A DNA stretch of 64,000 nucleotides from Diadema antillarum (lineage: Eukaryota). The stretch is from contig NW_027271205.1 in assembly GCF_040938485.1 (NCBI RefSeq), positions 62,001-126,000 of the forward strand, in the 5' to 3' direction. The position numbers were made by a program, and so were the translations under genes. The notes under the pieces are model-generated. The model was not told the origin of the DNA, searched no databases, and saw only the letters and a program-made list of their open reading frames with translations. Below are positions 62,861-64,000 of the stretch, in pieces. Numbering within the stretch: position 1 is the first letter of the stretch; each line of letters opens with the position of its first letter.

Positions 62861-63857
62861 TTTTTATGCCTCCGCCAACGAAGTGGCCGGAGGCATTATG
62901 TTTTCGGGTCGTCCGTCCGTCCGTCCGTCCCGTTTTGTTTTTGTCGATATCTCAAGAACCTTGAGGTGGTTTTGCATCAAACTTGGTATGAGGGTATATC
63001 CTGGGGGGATAATACTTTGTTTGGATTTTAGGGTCACGGGGTCAAAGGTCAAAGGTCACAGGTTATTTTGTGAAAAAAAGGTTGAAATTTCATGTTTTTC
63101 TCCATATCTCGCAAATGGTTCAAGGTATCTTCATGGAACTTAGAATATATGCATGTACCTATGGGCAGTGATTATCTAGGGAAGTTGGGGGTCATGGGTC
63201 AAAGGTCAGGGGGGTCAAAGGTCAAGGTCAACTCCTCAAAATATCACTACTTTCCTTATATTTATGCAGTGCCTGAAGGATTTTTTTAAAACTTGATGTA
63301 TGCATGTATAACCCAATATATATTCTGTGGGAAGTTTCTTGCCAAAAGGTCAAAGGTCAAAAGGTCAAAGGTCGAGTGAAAGTGCTAAATTGCACTTCTT
63401 CCTCCATATCTCAAAAGTAACTCAAGGTATTATCATGAAACTTACATATTAATGCATGTTCTACCTAACAGTGATTCTCTTTGGAACTGTGAGGTCAAAA
63501 GTCAAAGGCCAGGTTTAGATAATACTATTTTACCATTTGATACTGAAATTATACTTTTTCTCAATACCTTGAAAATTACTCTATGCATAAACTTATAAAA
63601 GGGTCAAAAGTCAAGTAAAAATCATCAGTTCCCCCAAATACCTGCACTCTGACGTTTTAATCGTTCATCCAATTGAACCTAGTTCTAGGAAAGTGAACGT
63701 TCAGCACATTTGTGGCAAACCTGTCATTTTAATATTTTGCCAATTGTGTGAAACTGTCATCACACATTGTCAAGACATTGTACTATAGACCTATTAGGAG
63801 AACCATGCATTATGGCGGAGGCATACACCAGTCGCCGTAGCGACATTTCTAGTTTTT
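62861..63857 (+). mobile_element. Non-autonomous Helentron/HINE (DINE-1-like) element
   Basis: 5' T run, then subTIR TATGCCTCCGCCA (62865-62877) with a local hairpin partner CGGAGGCAT (62888-62896), (GTCC)5 at 62911-62930, and AAGGTCAAAGGTCA-rich interior. The 3' end has subTIR TGGCGGAGGCATA (63813-63825), stem-loop GTCGC-CGTA-GCGAC (63831-63844) and CTAGTTTTT. Confidence 0.8.
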
Positions 63858-64000
63858 ATTTTGTTTTTTGCATGCCCCACGAACCCCTTTGTGTTGCTCG
63901 GTGAATCGGTACATAGGCCGATGTAGGGTAGCGTAAGCTCGGTTGTTGTGCAACACTACACAACTCTATGCAAGTGTAAGAGCCCCTTTATGCCAGTTTA

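Overview
Intron-rich metazoan genomic DNA, AT-rich, with five N gaps. The repeat families and gene architecture suggest an invertebrate deuterostome such as a sea urchin, but that is inference. Three protein-coding genes were reconstructed by hand from splice sites. (1) The first coding exon of a ZSWIM4/5/6-family gene (minus strand, ATG at 35615) carries a BC-box and a Cul2-box; its first intron runs at least 35 kb off the left edge. (2) A complete 8-exon POLR2E/RPB5 gene (minus, 46520-56064, 210 aa) has a textbook U12-type sixth intron. (3) The first five coding exons of MED8 (plus, from 56294) lie head-to-head with POLR2E, with 229 bp between the ATGs. The rest is intron or intergenic DNA holding non-autonomous DNA transposons (Helentron/HINE-like, Harbinger-, piggyBac-, Kolobok-, Sola1- and Tc1/mariner-like MITEs), tandem duplications and microsatellites. 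Almost all other ORF-track entries look spurious. I cannot demonstrate a new biological system. The best leads are a hidden splice-bounded exon with an adjacent RFX X-box/CCAAT module deep in the ZSWIM intron (about 24992-25640), the shared RPB5/MED8 promoter, the minor-spliceosome intron, and a three-gene linkage that may predate the vertebrate genome duplications.
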